A stretch of DNA of 64,000 bases, from contig MCFH01000024.1 in NCBI GenBank assembly GCA_002104945.1, positions 62,001-126,000 of the forward strand. Direction: 5' to 3'. This document shows positions 21,101 through 34,944 of this stretch, piece after piece (position 1 is the stretch's first letter; each line of letters opens with the position of its first letter). The DNA comes from Piromyces finnis finn. Lineage: Eukaryota; Fungi; Neocallimastigomycota. The notes beneath the pieces are model-generated. The model did not search any database. It saw nothing but the letters and a program-made list of their open reading frames with translations, and was not told the DNA's origin. A program made the position numbers and the translations under genes.

Positions 21101-21112
21101 TTTATTTTCACA
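15119..21112 (-). mobile_element. Full-length Ty1/copia LTR retrotransposon, copy 2 (5,994 bp)
   Basis: LTRs at 15119-15353 and 20878-21112; TSD ATTAT at 15114-15118 and 21113-21117; PPT 15354-15360; PBS 20856-20877; constant offset of 9,631 bp from copy 1. Confidence 0.98.
15376..20829 (-). CDS. Copia Gag-Pol polyprotein, copy 2 (1817 aa)
   Basis: Same domains as copy 1; four amino-acid differences seen (YNT/AL, GPI I/T, KIE G/E, VLK I/T). Confidence 0.98.
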   Translation of the reverse strand: MSKRKSNGDTGSIPIFDPTVMLGKVTYELNNKNFITWQMFMRNILNYYGLEDWVDENKTPKIKSDEGMDIDGEEYLKAPFEINTYYDKNVTEDDLKTDRNIQFLIRYTLGPNCQQDIQDRSLTSYEMWKLLEDIYLGDKIERKNRLIKETNSLKYDPKESFSRFVNKLNSNFNKLEQLNVKIDDEEKIGLLYQALPEKYRKVTVLKHEDWEECKKDTARMIDKMNKFDPKEKSETFGIRHIFSVEGSYKGDKRKESTKYYRNKQSNNHNKNTNKGKEKSNEERNWNNKNKQNITCYFCHQKGHTVKQCRIQKELSEEVTRRLRKEKNKGKEAFLATGEIVNKQTTEDFEPEVGYQDLFTVDYNALFDNNNDECNNKSCNYVSCENVPTSFTTWTLDSGASNHITKDIGILKNVFEHVEPINYANGATTKSTHMGEVNGSINEEPIKLEDVMYIPDVKRNLISVAKLVKSGYQIIFDEKNNNVFAYIKDKKTDNVYEVKANEYDVFNLYIKEGNVVNNYSMCDNVRNNGEYWHRRIGHLNFNNNDEKNNIHNCTICMRSKMKEIPHKRSDSRASSVLELVHIDLVGPITPSIHDNVYFLSILDDYSRYGWVIFVKNKSDVFKEFGNWLNKTTNELSSKVKYLRSDNGTEFTSNNFKELCNEYGITQQFTVPGNPEQNGRAERFNGKLIKTATAMLMDARLCRRFWEDAVKTANYVHNRVPHSGINGEIPFELMYNRKVDYKNLRVFGCKVYYLDDSNIPKFQDKTKEGIFIGYDESSVGYRIFDIKSRKIKVKRVVGFLEEEPGDYNYNLEKENNNETYSQDTETFQVRNFNYMYDKENENNNNKDKKEKDISNENDKLMNENLETLNDKTSNKEDLKEVNYEEKFRNIEEKLDKLTSLLNKEKNNSSESFMQVCEDTNDSNMSIEDSEEEDLNLLDYIKLKEKKKERLNKNNYQKIEEMEENKEIKISTSMESVSETNKEKENNNDISGSNDGNINNFTLEENNLKYNNLKYNSADETEICEIKEVNIKRNDDKKNKNINSKDNSNISKDNKRNNKYLNAKGNVYFIEENSDIVNKNELIEEVLKTPSEMEINDLTGEIDNNDFLNILSPDIDLGTRKKIDFENIESVKNNINKNNRKEIENNYSNVKVNYKNEEYYKKNYIPINENEIRRNLNKENINIPEEKSKFKNISDEKESNLNNQNKKEYNLRNLKNKNEIKDPINKDKSKKKFFDKKKLLSKQNFLNKRNLNRKLKSNKNFKLNENHPPKEEKFPRKRKLVPSEDVIEEKFSKPHEHEPEKKKIKEVALTIAQIKEPNSYNDIFKRKDKDKWIKAIEAELLNMKERKVFKRIDEVPEDANIIDSRWVFKIKRNSTGEIEKYKARLVARGFTQEYGEDYNETFSPTLKQDSLRILIGIAAINNYKIHQLDVKAAYLYADLKEDIYMKAPEGDKMYKKGLWKLNKALYGLKQAAREWNNNISNTLIELGFQKLVSEPCIFIKTKNNKLVCLVGIYVDDILITGKKEEIDKTIKLIKEKYVITDVGDANFIIGIKVETLKDGYLLHQERYLKDILHKFGLENCRGSKTTTPIKNDEQLNQPFDPTTYRAAIGSLLYLAIGTRPDILFSVTKASRFSQNPTIQNWKNVLQIFKYLKENPHYGIRFERNLNLKIFVDSDYGGDEETRKSTTGFVFLLGNGPTSWYSKLQKCVSTSTAEAEYYGLCECSKQALWYRNIFSELKIKEECLKINIDNQATIYNANNETINPKSKHIDIKYHKVRELIKENKISLEYIKSEENLADGFTKYLNKNKMKIFRDSLLYKYK

Positions 21113-21173
21113 ATTATTATATAAAAAAACAAAATATGTATATATATAATGAACTTTGAATATGAAATTGTTG

Positions 21174-21209
<36 letters not shown>

Positions 21210-24200
21210 CTGAACGAGCTTTTTTTTTTATTTATTTTTTTTTTTCACCTTGTTATAATAAAAATATTTATAAAGTATTTTCACCTTTGATAGGGTTAAT
21301 ATGTTATACACATCAATATCAATATACTTTAAAAATATTATATATTAGGTGTATAAAAGAAATCTTAATAAACATTACTAAAAAAATAACTTTTTTAATG
21401 TATTACTATTGACTATTAATATTTATTATATAAAGAATGGTGTATTTTATAAAATAGTTTAACGTTATATCAAAAAGTGATTGTAATGTTTATTTTTATC
21501 CACATAATTTATATATAAATTTAATTTAAGATGTTGACTTTTTTTTAAAAATTTAATAAAGATTGTATGGGGGAAAAAAAATAAAATTATTTGATGCTTA
21601 AATTTTTGGTATATTTTACTTTTTAACAAAAATAAAAAAAAAAAGTAACAATTTACTATATACTATCCATTAAAAAAACTTTGACTTGAAGTTTTAATCA
21701 GTATATATCTTAGAAAGTATAGTAGACATAATAAACTTATATTATTATTACTCTAATTATTATTATTGTTGTTGTTGTTGTTAATAGGAATCATCAAATT
21801 AAATTACTATATTGTTTTCATATATGAAAAAAAAAAACAATAATAATATATGTAATAATAATAATACTTTATACTACAATAATTATTTATACTTTTTATT
21901 ATTTAGTAATATTAGTGATTATAATTTACCTAAACCAGAAGACCCTTTTTTAATAACCTTTTTTTTTTTTTAGGGATCTCAGAAAATCACATGCCCAATT
22001 TAGTTAATTAAATTTATGATTTTTCTAATAAATTTTAATACAAATGACCTATTTATAAAAGAATTTAGAATGTTTTTAGAACATTTTAACTATTATTTTA
22101 TTTTTAATTTTCTAGATGGTAACATGATACGATGAGTTATATACACAGTAGGATAATGAATCATTTGAACTGCCATTTAGTTACACCTTTCTATATTAAA
22201 TTTATGAGAAACAACAAAATTTTTAGAATATGGTCACATGTTCATACATCTATGTGTATATATTAAAAAATTTAAAAAAAGATACTTATTTAAAACAATA
22301 ATTATTTTAATTTAGATCGCAGTAGTATCAAATAGCGATGGCTCATCCATTCTAATAATGAATAGTATTTTTTTATTATTCTACAAACTAAAATAGGTTA
22401 AATAAAATAAATAATATCAAGAATACTAAGCATTGTTATTATTTTTCTATAGTATTCCTAAACGATCTTATTTGTCCAATATAAAAAATGGGTAAAAAAA
22501 AACTTTTTATCCTTTTATTACTTAATAAAAATAAGATTTAATAAAACAATATAAAAAAAACATTTATCATTTCATGATCCATTCCCATCCTAAAAAATTT
22601 AATAGAAAAAAAGGAAAACGTATGATTTTACTATAACTTGAAATATCATAAAATAGTAATAAATGAATAATTAATTTTTGCATTTAAATTAATTCGTAAT
22701 AGCAATTTAACCCTATTATTACTTTTATTAATCACTTTTTCAAATATTAGAAGTGTTTTTCTAGAAAATCAATTATTCATTTAATATCTTTATAATAATA
22801 AAATCTACTTTATCCTAGTTTATCATACCTCTTTTCTTAAGCATCGATGTAATTTATGTGATGGTTGGGTGTATTTTTAATTCTCAATCCTAACTATTTT
22901 AAATTTTTAATTTAACCTTTTTTAGTATATTTTCAATCTAAATTTTTTTTTTTTTAGATTAAATTTCTTTATTTTATTTTTATTAGTCCATCAGATAAAA
23001 AGAAAGTTTACTGGCATCAATAATAACTTTTGTGGTTATAGGTATAAAATAAAATAAAAAAAAAGGATGATGATGATAATGATATTATTTAAATATTTAT
23101 AAATATAAAAGTTTGTTGATGTTTAGTTTTTTTTTTTTTGTTTTGTTTTGTCTTATTTTTACATAAAGTAAATTAATACTTTAACCTAGTTATAAAATAG
23201 GATTCATCCTTTTTGAATTTTAATATCTAATAGCATTTAATAATTATTATAATATTTTTTTTAATTAAATGTTTTTTTTTTCTCTCTTTTTTAATATATG
23301 AACAATAGTTTAAATCATTAATACACTTTTTATTATTCAATTTATTAATCTATTTAAATATATCTTTTTAAAAAAAGAAAAAAAAAGAATCGTTATTTTT
23401 TTTTAATTTATTATTATAATTGAATATTATATTCATTTATTTTTTTTTACTTTATTTCTTATCATGAAAAAAAATAATTCATATATTATATATATAATAA
23501 TTATATTAATAAAACTATTTTTTATATATTATTAAAGTATGATTCATTTCTTATTCCTTTTTTTCTTTATTTTTTTCAGACTTTTTATCTAATGAATAAC
23601 TTGCAGCAGCATTATTATCAACAATATCATTAATATCAACAAGTTTATTAGATGGATCATCTTTAGGTAAAAATAACAATAATAATAAAAAAAAAATATT
23701 TAAATAGTTTACTGGTACTTTTTTAAATAGTGTCTATATTATTAATTATTAAAAAATATATTATTATTATTATTATTATAGATTAAAAAAAAAAAAAAAA
23801 AAAAAAAACTTTTTGTTGATTACTATTTTTTAATATAACCTTTTATAAACTTGTTTTGTTTGGTTTTTTTTTTTTTAATAAAGAATAATCAAGAATTTTA
23901 ATATAAAAAAAATAAAGTTTATTAATTAAAATAGGTTAATACTTATTAATGATAATTAATAGAACAAAAAAAAAAAGTTTTTAAAACATTTATATTATAC
24001 CATTTAACTTTTTGCATTTCATTTTCATTAAAAAAAATAATGATGATTATATGTTTTATTTAAAATTTTAACTTGATCTTTACTATTTTTTAATTATTCT
24101 AATTATTATTGTAAAAAATAAAGTGAAAGAAAATTTAATTTTTTTTTTTAAGCACAACAAAAATAAATTAAAAATTCAAATCATAATTTAGTGTGGCCAT

Positions 24201-25012
24201 AAAAACAATGGTGTGATGTAATAAAAAATATAACAAAAAAAAAAAAGTAAAATTATGATAATAATAATAAATTCTACATCGTAATGAATAAACTGACAAT
24301 TGCTTCCTTTTTTTACATATAATATTTGAAGAAAGGTATAAAAAAAGAAAGATATAAAAAAATGTAAACTTTTTTTTTTTTTTTCTAAATATTTCTATAA
24401 ATTCTATTCCTAAGAATATAACTTTGAAATTAACAAGTTTGTAGGAAGAAAAGGAAAATGAAAAATGAAAAAGCCAATAAAAATATGACATTCTTTTTAT
24501 ATATAATAACTAAATATTAAAAATAAATATTTAAAGTATTAGAATTTTCTGTAAAGAATTTTTAAGAAAAAAGTCAGCGATTTATTTCTTTTTTTTTTTT
24601 TTGTACAATAAAATTAGATACAGTATGTTGTATTATGTAGTGAAATGGTTTTAAAATTAAAATTTATATGTTCACGTGTTTTGTAACATGATTCAATTGA
24701 TTTTATGTTATTTAACCTTTGATTTTTACAATACAAATACTTTTTTTACATACTTGTAGTTATATTCTTTTAATTTTTTTGCATTTTTTCTTACAATAAA
24801 CAATCTGACCTTTTTATTTATATATTTATAATAAATTAAATAATTATTAACCTTTATAATTTTTTCTCGTTATACATACCTATTGTTCATTCTAACTCAT
24901 TATACAAGCAAAAAAAATAGATATATATATCTATGATATCAAATTAGAAATATTAAATAACTAAAGTAAAAATTGAATAATAACAATAAAGTAAATATTT
25001 TTAACTTTTAAT

Positions 25013-25280
<268 letters not shown>

Positions 25281-27223
25281 TACATTCTTAACTCTACAAT
25301 AATGTATTGAAATATTGTAATTAATTAATGTATCTATTTTATAAACAATCAAAAAAAAAAAAAGAATTGACATAAATTAAAATCAAGATTTTAGTTGGTA
25401 ATTTCCATATATAGTATTATTAAAGATTAATAGGAATAAATTTAAAAAAATTTATGATTTTTAGACTATATTTTTTAAAAATAAAGACAATGTAGTTATT
25501 TATTTTTTAACTACAAATTAATATATTTCTTTTTATAAAAAAACATATATCTATGTAAATTAATAGCTCATATAACTCTATTTATATATTACTATTATTT
25601 ATTATGAGTAACCAATAATATAGGATATATCTTTGTTAAACTTGACCATCAATAGTATTCACAATGAATATGAAAATAATAACACTAGTAAATTAATTTT
25701 TTTTTATTTTAATATAACTTAATAATAACAAAAAAGGATTAAAACCGATGATATAATTGTAATAAAAAAAGTTAATACTTTCCATAAAAATAAGTAGAAT
25801 CAAGTATATATTATTATTATATTATTCCATAAATTGCAGGTCAAAGTTATTTATTTATTTATTAAAATATTTTAATATTTAGAAAAAAAAATTAAGTAGT
25901 ATCAAAAGACAATGCTATATTTCTTTTTTTAAAAAAATGTTTGACGCATTAGTTTATAAAAAAATGATAAGCCAAGTTCTTCTCAAAGTATTACCTTTGA
26001 TTATTATTAAAATAGAGTATGATCCTTACAAAAAAGTAATCATTTATATTTATATGTTTTATACCAATTTTTATAAAGAATCATATAATTCAACGATAAA
26101 TAATATTTCATTATTATAAAGTAATATTGGATTTTCATTGATTACTTGATTTACTTTTTCTATTTTAAATGGTATAGTCTTTTTGATAAAATCTTTTTCA
26201 TTTAAAAAAAAAAAAGAACCTTTTTATTTTAAAAAGTAAACCTTTTTTTAAAAAAAAAAGGGTAACTTTAAAATAATTTTAATTTAAAAAGTAATTATAT
26301 ATCATTACATCATTACATTCAATAAAATGAATCTATCAAATGTACGTAATGTAGGTTGATTTTTATAATAAATAAACTTTCTTAATATATTATTCCTTTA
26401 TTTAATATAGATGATGAAGTATCATTTAAACTTTACTATTGCGTTGTTCCTTTAAAAACGATTTTGATTGGTTAATTATCAACTTATAATTGCACCTACA
26501 TTAAAAATTGTACAATGATCATTGGAATAATGTATTAATAAAATTTAATGATGATTCAAAATAACTATTTCCTTAAAGGAACATTCAATTAATAAAAATG
26601 ATTTAGTAAAAAAATAATATATTTATATATGGGAACAATATATTAACGAAATTGATTATTATATATATTAAACCAACTTTTATAATAGATTTAATATATA
26701 GAAGGCTTGGATTGAGAACATTCTACTACTCATGATGGATCTATTCATATAAAAATAAAATCAATGACTTTTTATACTAATAAAATTGTATCATTTATAA
26801 AATTTGATATCTATAACTATTACTTATTTTTTAAAGTATAGGATTTTTATTATTACTATCATTGAAATGAATCACCTATTGTAAAAAGGCTTTTTTTTTA
26901 AAAAAAAAAAAAAAAGGCAATTAATAGAAAAAGTGTTAAAACATTATAATGTTTCAATGATATAAAACGTATTAATATAAAATGTGTGAAATAGTTTCAA
27001 AGTACAAAAGAGTTATTTTTAATTTTTTTTTAAAAAATCCAAGAATGGAATTAAAATTTTATTTTTCACATGAAAATTGAATTTTTTTAATTAAAAATTT
27101 TGTATTGATTATTTCAATTGAATAGAATGAGAATGGGTCTATATATTATAGTTTATTCTATGTAAATTAGAGATAAGATTCTATTAAATAAATTGAAAAA
27201 ATAATATATTGGAATATAAATCT

Positions 27224-27340
27224 TATCCATATATTTAGATTGAATAGTATATAGTAATATACTATATCCATATATTTAGATTGAATGGTATATAGTAATA
27301 TACTATATCCATATATTTAGATTGAATAGTATATAGTAAT
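27224..27340. repeat. 41-bp tandem repeat, about 2.9 copies
   Basis: Unit TATCCATATATTTAGATTGAATAGTATATAGTAATATACTA starts at 27224, 27265 and 27306. Confidence 0.92.
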
Positions 27341-30300
27341 TAAAAGGTAAATTAAGAAATAATATATTCCATTGTAATAGAAAGTAATACCATACCTATT
27401 TAAATTAAAATATAATCTATTGCAATATAAAATATATACTTTATTAGAATATATTCTATCTACTGAATTTTATAAATTAGACTCTATCTATTTCTATAGA
27501 TTAATATAAATATTTAAATTAAAATCTTGAGCCTTATTTCAATTTAAAAGTTTATCTCTACTTTGTTTTTTATATAATACGTAATGGGTGGGATAGATTA
27601 AAACTACCTAGGTTTGGTTTTGGTTTTAGTTTTGTTTTGTTTTTTTTTAATTAAATTTAGCCTATTTTTATTTTGACAATTTTTAAAAAGTCTAATGGTT
27701 TTTTATAATAGAATTATATTGTTTATGAGGATAGGCTACATAAAAAAAACAATGGTATATCCCTACTTTCAAAGAGGATATAAACATTCTTATGTTCGGT
27801 TTTATATTTTTAATTCATAATATTAATAAAAATAATGAATTAAATGAATTAACGGAAACTTTACCATTAAATGTATTCTACATATTTTGAATTATTAATT
27901 TTATTAATTAAATCATTGTCTTTTATAAATGCATTGTGAGTAATGGCATAGAATGTAATTAGGTAACATAAGAGTTTTAACTTTAATAATACTAACACTA
28001 TTGGGGCTAATAAAATTATAAAAGTTGTTTATTACCTTGTTCTACTTATTAGTAGTGGTGGTGGTGATGGTGGTGGTAGAGTAGTAATAATAGTAGTGGT
28101 AGTAGTAGTAAATAGTTATAAATAATGGCTAATATAGTCCTTTTGAGTTAATTTTATACTCTTAATTTCCAAACTACACTATATTATTTGTTTATGTATT
28201 ATTTATTCTTTATTTGTTCTAGCCCTTTTTCACCATATCTAATAAATTAAAAAAAAAAGCCTTTTTAAAAAAAATATAAATGTTGTATGAATTTATATTG
28301 GTTAAAATTTTTGTATATAATATTATATAATATAGTGATATGTATTATTCACTAAATTAAAAAATAAAAATTGAAATAGGTAGAATCCATACATCCAATT
28401 TGTTTTTTGTTTTAAAAATTTGTAGGAGAAAGATTTTTTTTTTTTTAGTAAATTATTTCATAAATTTGAATAAAACAAATTATAACCATCATTAAAATAA
28501 ATAAATACATGATAATAATGTAAAATTGAATTGTGTTTATTCTTTTAACTATTTATTTATTCATTCAATTATAGTATTAGCATTACTTTATAAAAATTTA
28601 ATATCATAAACTATTTTAAAATTCCAATCCAGCACTAATTTATGGTTAAAATACACTCTAGAAAAGGCCATAATAAAGTAGCCGTAAAAAATGCTTAGAG
28701 ATTATAGTATTAAATTAAATTAAACTAAATTAAATTAAACCAAAAAGGTTTATATATTTTTGGTTTAATTATTGTTTACATAAAAACTTTAAATTCGCAA
28801 GATAAAATTTTTTTAAAATAGATTAAACTACATTTACAAATTAAATTTTAATTAGGTATAAAAACATAAACTTGTTTAATTTTAACAAAGAAATATAAAT
28901 TAAAAAAAAAGTATTACTAAGGCTCTAATTCTATCATATTATCACATACACCTATAAAAAAAAAAAAGGTAAAACCACACAAAAAGACATTAAAATTATT
29001 TTCAATGGATATAATTTGGACAATAAACTTATTTTTGCTATTTCATCCCAGTAGAAGGAGTAACTTTCCTTTTTTGTTTTATTATAATTATTCAGTTTAT
29101 ATTAAAAAAAAAAATAAATTAAATTTTTTTGGCTAAAAAGAAAAAAAATAAATTAATATAATCCTAGGTACATAAATGAAAATATTTGTCATAGTTTGTA
29201 ATAGGACTATAAATTAAAAGAAAAGTATAAGGTTTATAGTTTTTTTTTTAAACTTAAAATATTTTTAATAAATATACATTTGTTGTTGCTTATCTTAATA
29301 TCCTATAAGGATAGAGAAAGTATAAAGTATATTTAATTAGGTAAAAAAAAAAAATTATTTAAAAAAAAAGTTTAACATTTAAAAAAGTAAACTTTTTTAG
29401 AAAATCTGGATTTTTAAAAAACAGAAATATATATATATAATATATTAGATTATATTCATAAATGAAATTATTCTATGGTAATATAATTTTGTATATAAAA
29501 AAGAATCCAAGATTATAACACGTGATTAGATCATAGTTTATATTCTTTTTTTAAAAAAAAAGTTTAATAAATAGGAATTATAAGTAATATATAAATAATT
29601 TATTAATAATTGAATTAAATTTAAATATTTAACTATGAATAGTATAAATTCTAATTTGTTATTAATAGTTTAATAATAATTGAATTAAATATTTAATAGT
29701 ATTAATTCAACGATAAAGTAGTTATGGGTACAATAGCCTAGACTACAAATATTCTCAAACAAAAAAAAAAAAAAAAAAGAAATCTAATTATGTACTTGTA
29801 GATTTAAAAATTAGGATTCCAATTGCTATCCTTTTTTAAAATTTTGTATCCGTATCAAATGAAAAAAAGATTCTTTAATGTATGGATTCATATGTTACTC
29901 TTTTTTTTTTTTTTAAATCTCATATCATATCAATGACTTCTCCATCATTAAAAAGGCAGGGTATGCAAAAAGGGAGACTAAAGAAAGTAATATCTTTAAA
30001 TGTTCCATCAGCAAAAATATATGACACTAATAATGACGTCATGATACTTTTTTTGTATACGGAAACATTTTTAGTTTCTATATTTGTAAAAATCTTTTTG
30101 TAGTGAATAAAATGCAACCTACATTAAAATGTATGTAAACTTTGCATAGTATCAAAGGTTAGTTGATGCATTATATTCTTTTCCATCAATCCATTTTTAA
30201 TCCATAAAAATTTCCTCCTTTATCCGTATCACTTCCACAAATGGAAAAGTTACTAAAAAAATTATTGACAACTATTTTTTCTAGTAATACATTAATTGAG

Positions 30301-33300
30301 ATTCTATTAAAATAATTTTAAAAACAAAAATTTAACATCTTTTATTTTATTACTGTCTATGGAAAACAATGTACAGTAATGAATTTGAAAAAGTCACAAA
30401 CTCATTATTTGAACTTTTTTTTTTTTTTTGGAATATAATTAGAAGTAGGAAGAATGACTACAAACTTTAAAGTGTGAATAGAAAATTTTAGTGCATTTTA
30501 ATGAATAAGATCACAACCAAGTCAGCAGATAATATTTTCATTTTGTTTTAAATTTTAGAGCATCACACAACCATCATCATCTCTATTTTTTTCTTTTTTA
30601 TCGTTCCCTTCTTTTAAATTATTTAATTTCTAACCCAACTCTTTTGTAGTTGTGTATAGAATTAAAATTTTTTTTTTTTTAACCTTTTTCATTAAATTTA
30701 AAAATTTTGTTGTAAAACTTTATTCCATATATTATATTATTATACTATATATTATCTATATAATGGCATAATTTATTTTTATATATTATAAACAAATCTA
30801 CATTGATATAGGTTGTACAACAAAACAATAAAACATTTACTTTCCATAAATGGTTATATTAAAAATTAAAAGTATTTTTTATTGTTTATATATTGTATAA
30901 TATATAAATTAATATTAGAATAATTAATTATATTATATATATTAATTATAATTAAAAACATGATTATTTTTTTAATATAAATGACTTGGCATGTTTTTTA
31001 TTATCCATAAAAATAAATAGAAGAATAATTATTTTTTGTTATTTGACTTTCTAAACAATTTAGTAATAAAGAATACTACGTTTTTTTTAAAATCATTATT
31101 ATTATTATTTCCTTACTACTTCTCTTTTCCTTTTTTTCTATTTTTATGCTTTAGGCTTATAACTTTTTGAGAAAAAGTAAAAAAAAAATTTTTTTCTAAA
31201 TTTTTAATCTATTTAAATTAATTGATTAAAAATTTTCCAATTTATATAATAAAAAAAAAAAAAAAATCAATGGAAATGATGTGATGCTTAAAAAAAAAAA
31301 AAAGGAGATTTCATTATCTACTAAATATAGAAAATAATTTTTATGCAAAATTGGTGGTTGTTTGGTCTTTTTTTTTTTTTTTTTAAAAAAAAGAAATCCT
31401 TAGGGTGAATAAAGAAAAAAAAAATTAATTATTATTATTAGAATTAAAACTTTGGTATTTAATGGGATAAACGTTTTAAGGTACTTTTAAGGCACTTTTT
31501 TTTTTTTATGAATAATTTTATATTTTAAAATCCATTTTGTCTGTTTTAAAATAATTTCCTTTCCTATAACTACTCCACAACCATTAATATTAAGAATAAA
31601 AAAAAAAGTTTTTATAAATTCGTTAGGTATTCCTTTTGCTTTCTTTGAATTTTGAATGAATATTTTGCTTCATTCATTGTCGATGTAGTAAGACTTTACT
31701 CTTGTGTTTTTTTTTTTTTTTTTTTTCAATTAAAATATATTTAAAAAATAAATTGGTAATGTTCAATACTGTGGTAATAATATATAAATTATCATTAGTA
31801 ATGGTAACGTTCTATTTCCTATTTATATAAAATTTATTAAAATTTCTTTACCAGCGATATACATATTTCTCTCTATATGAACGCATTAATACTAGGTGAA
31901 GAAGATCATTCATCCATATATTAAGGCAACAATGAAAAGTATTTTTACAGAAAATCAAAAATATTATTTGTAATATAACCAAATTATGCCGTTATCTTAT
32001 TTATGACCGCAATATAACAATATTAATTAATATTAATGGGATAGTTATTATTATTATTATATATATAATTAAAATTATAATTAAAATATTTAATGATTTT
32101 AAATAATTCTATTCATCATACTATGTGATAATCATAAAAAAAATACTATCATAGAATAATACTAACATAGATTAATAATAAAATATTTAATAATACTATC
32201 AAAATATTTAATTAAAAAAATATTTTAATAATACTAACACCAATACTTAAATGCACTAATAATTTGAACTACCACCACCACCACCACCACCACTGACTAG
32301 TATTATAATTAATCATTTAAATTTTTTTTTTTAATATAAATATAATAGTAAAAATTTTTTTTTGTATATTAAAATCATAGAGTATATAAATAATATATAA
32401 TAATATATAATAATAATATAAATCATTATAAGAAATGATACATAATGTGATTGAATTTAATATAAATAATTCTAATAGAATGACTTTTAAAATTTTTTTT
32501 TCTTATTAAATACTTAACAGGTATCATTGAATTGGTAGGGAATTAAAAAATGTTTTTTTTAAAGTACCTTTTATTAGATGATCAAGTGTATGATGAGTCC
32601 AACTTTTTTTTTTTATTAGGTCTTCTTTTTCATTTCAAAAAGAATTTAATCACCACCATCACCACCATCACCACCACCATATGAAATGTTTTTTATTCTT
32701 CACCTCCTCCATGATACATGACTTTTCTACAATTTCAAATATAGTTTTACTTATTAAAAAAAGAATTTTTGTTTTTTGTATTAAAAATTATAATATATAT
32801 AATATAAAAAGGTGTATATATATTGTAATGTAATTGCTTAATATAATTTTATTTATAGTAATATTGAAATATATGGATTACATATATTACAATATAGTTT
32901 AGTTATTTAAAGATGATTAATTCAATACAAAAATCAAATATAGAAATAAGAATAATTAATTATTTTTAATTCAATAATTAATAGAGTCTATCCACTGTGA
33001 TCCATCCACCACCACATTAAATAAAATAGAAACCACATAAATTAGCATCTTAGAATCCTAGATGATAATTTGTGTAGTTTAGGATGGCAGTGTATAAAAT
33101 ATTATTTAATATAGATTACATTACTCACTCTCATAATAACCCTTGGTTAAATGGATGATTCCTGTGTGTATTTTATTTCACACTACCTACTACTATTTTA
33201 ATTTAAACCTGCTGTACTCCTAAGTTGATAGAACAATTGAACCTTTTTTTTTTTATATTAAAAAAAGGTTTTACGTATCGGTTTTTGTTTTTAATTTATT

Positions 33301-34761
33301 TTATAATGAAAAAGATTATTCATATATTATTATATATTAACAAGTTGTCCTTACCCTTATTTTTTATAATGTATAAATGAATTAAAATTGTCTTGGTTAA
33401 ATATATAAAAATAAATTAGAGTATAGTGTCAATATATTAAAAAAAAACAATTTTTTTCTTTCTATAATTGTCAATTGAATTAATTTCCATATATTGCGAT
33501 TATAGTGTAAATATAATATATTTTAATTAGTAGAAGGAGTAAACTATAATCATTAAAAAAGTTTTGCTTCATATAATAATAATATATTGTAGAATAAATT
33601 AAGTTGATTTATAATAGTTATTTTTTAATATAAAATGAACATATTATTAAGTATTAGTCATATTTTAAAATGTCATACTTTATCAATTTAAAATTTATAT
33701 CAAAGCATATATTAATAATACCATTATAAATATATATAAAATTAAATGCTTAATAAAAATTTTTATATTAGTTGATTGAAATTGAATTTTTTTACTTTAC
33801 ACTTTAATAAATAGACAAATAGAATAAAAATGATTATAACCTTCTAAATGTTAATTAATAGCATGATTAAAGAAACTGAGAAATATATACCATTAATTTA
33901 TTTTATTAAATGCTCTATATAAAATATCTATATATATATGTCGACTGATAATATATATAATATATCATACTTTTTTTCTTACTTTACAATCTTTTATGGT
34001 TAATTAGAATACTAGTTTAGAGTTGTTGATGAATATAAACAGGATGAAATATATATATTAAAATATATTATATTTAATATAAAAATTTAATTAATTTTTT
34101 AATTAATGATATATTATTCATATATTATATATTAAATGACTTTAAAATATCTTCTTTTTTTTATTTTATTTTTTATACATTTTCATTTGGAAGGAACAAA
34201 ATTTTTGGTATAAAAAAACCAAAGTTTTCCTATTCATTTTTTTTTAAAATTATATTTTTTTTTATTATTCATTTTTTATATTATTTTTCATTTAATTAAA
34301 AAAAAAGTTGTAGATATGTTTTATTTTATATAGTTTTTTCTCTTAAAGAAATTTAACCTATTAGCTTAGTTTTTGAGCCATACTTTTATTAAAGAAGAAA
34401 AAATTAATTATAATTACTCTATCCTATTTATTTTTAAAACCAACTAAACTATAAAATGGTTAACAATATTATTATCCAATAAAGAAAATTAAATAAAAAG
34501 AAAATCTTATTAATTATTAGTATATAATAATTATTATATAAAATTAATTAAATAATTGTAGTTAAAAGAATATTATATGTCAATTATACCATTTATGTAT
34601 ATATTAATTCAAATTAATATATATAAAACTTTTTTTTTTTAATCAAATATAATACTATCTAATATTTTCATATAATATTTCTCAAATTATAGTTATTCTA
34701 TCATTTTATATAATTTAAAACATTCGACATTGATAAAGTGTTTCAATTTAACTATATATAA

Positions 34762-34911
34762 ATTTTTTTAAAGCAAAATTTAAATAAACTATCAAGCAAA
34801 AGAAAATTTTACATAAATTACTAAATATATAGTTTTTTTAAAAGCAAAATTTAAATAAACTATCAAGCAAAAGAAAATTTTACATAAATAACTAAATATA
34901 TAGTTTTTTTA
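34762..34911. repeat. 71-bp tandem duplication upstream of the cyclin gene
   Basis: AAGCAAAATTTAAATAAACTATCAAGCAAAAGAAAATTTTACATAAAT... at 34771 and 34842. Confidence 0.9.
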
Positions 34912-34944
34912 ATTATTAAAAAGACCTATATAATAAACACTATC

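Noticed and set aside
15119-21112. Copy 2 as an assembly artefact or segmental duplication of copy 1
   Set aside because: Different TSDs and flanks, and a copy-specific variant shared by both LTRs of each element.
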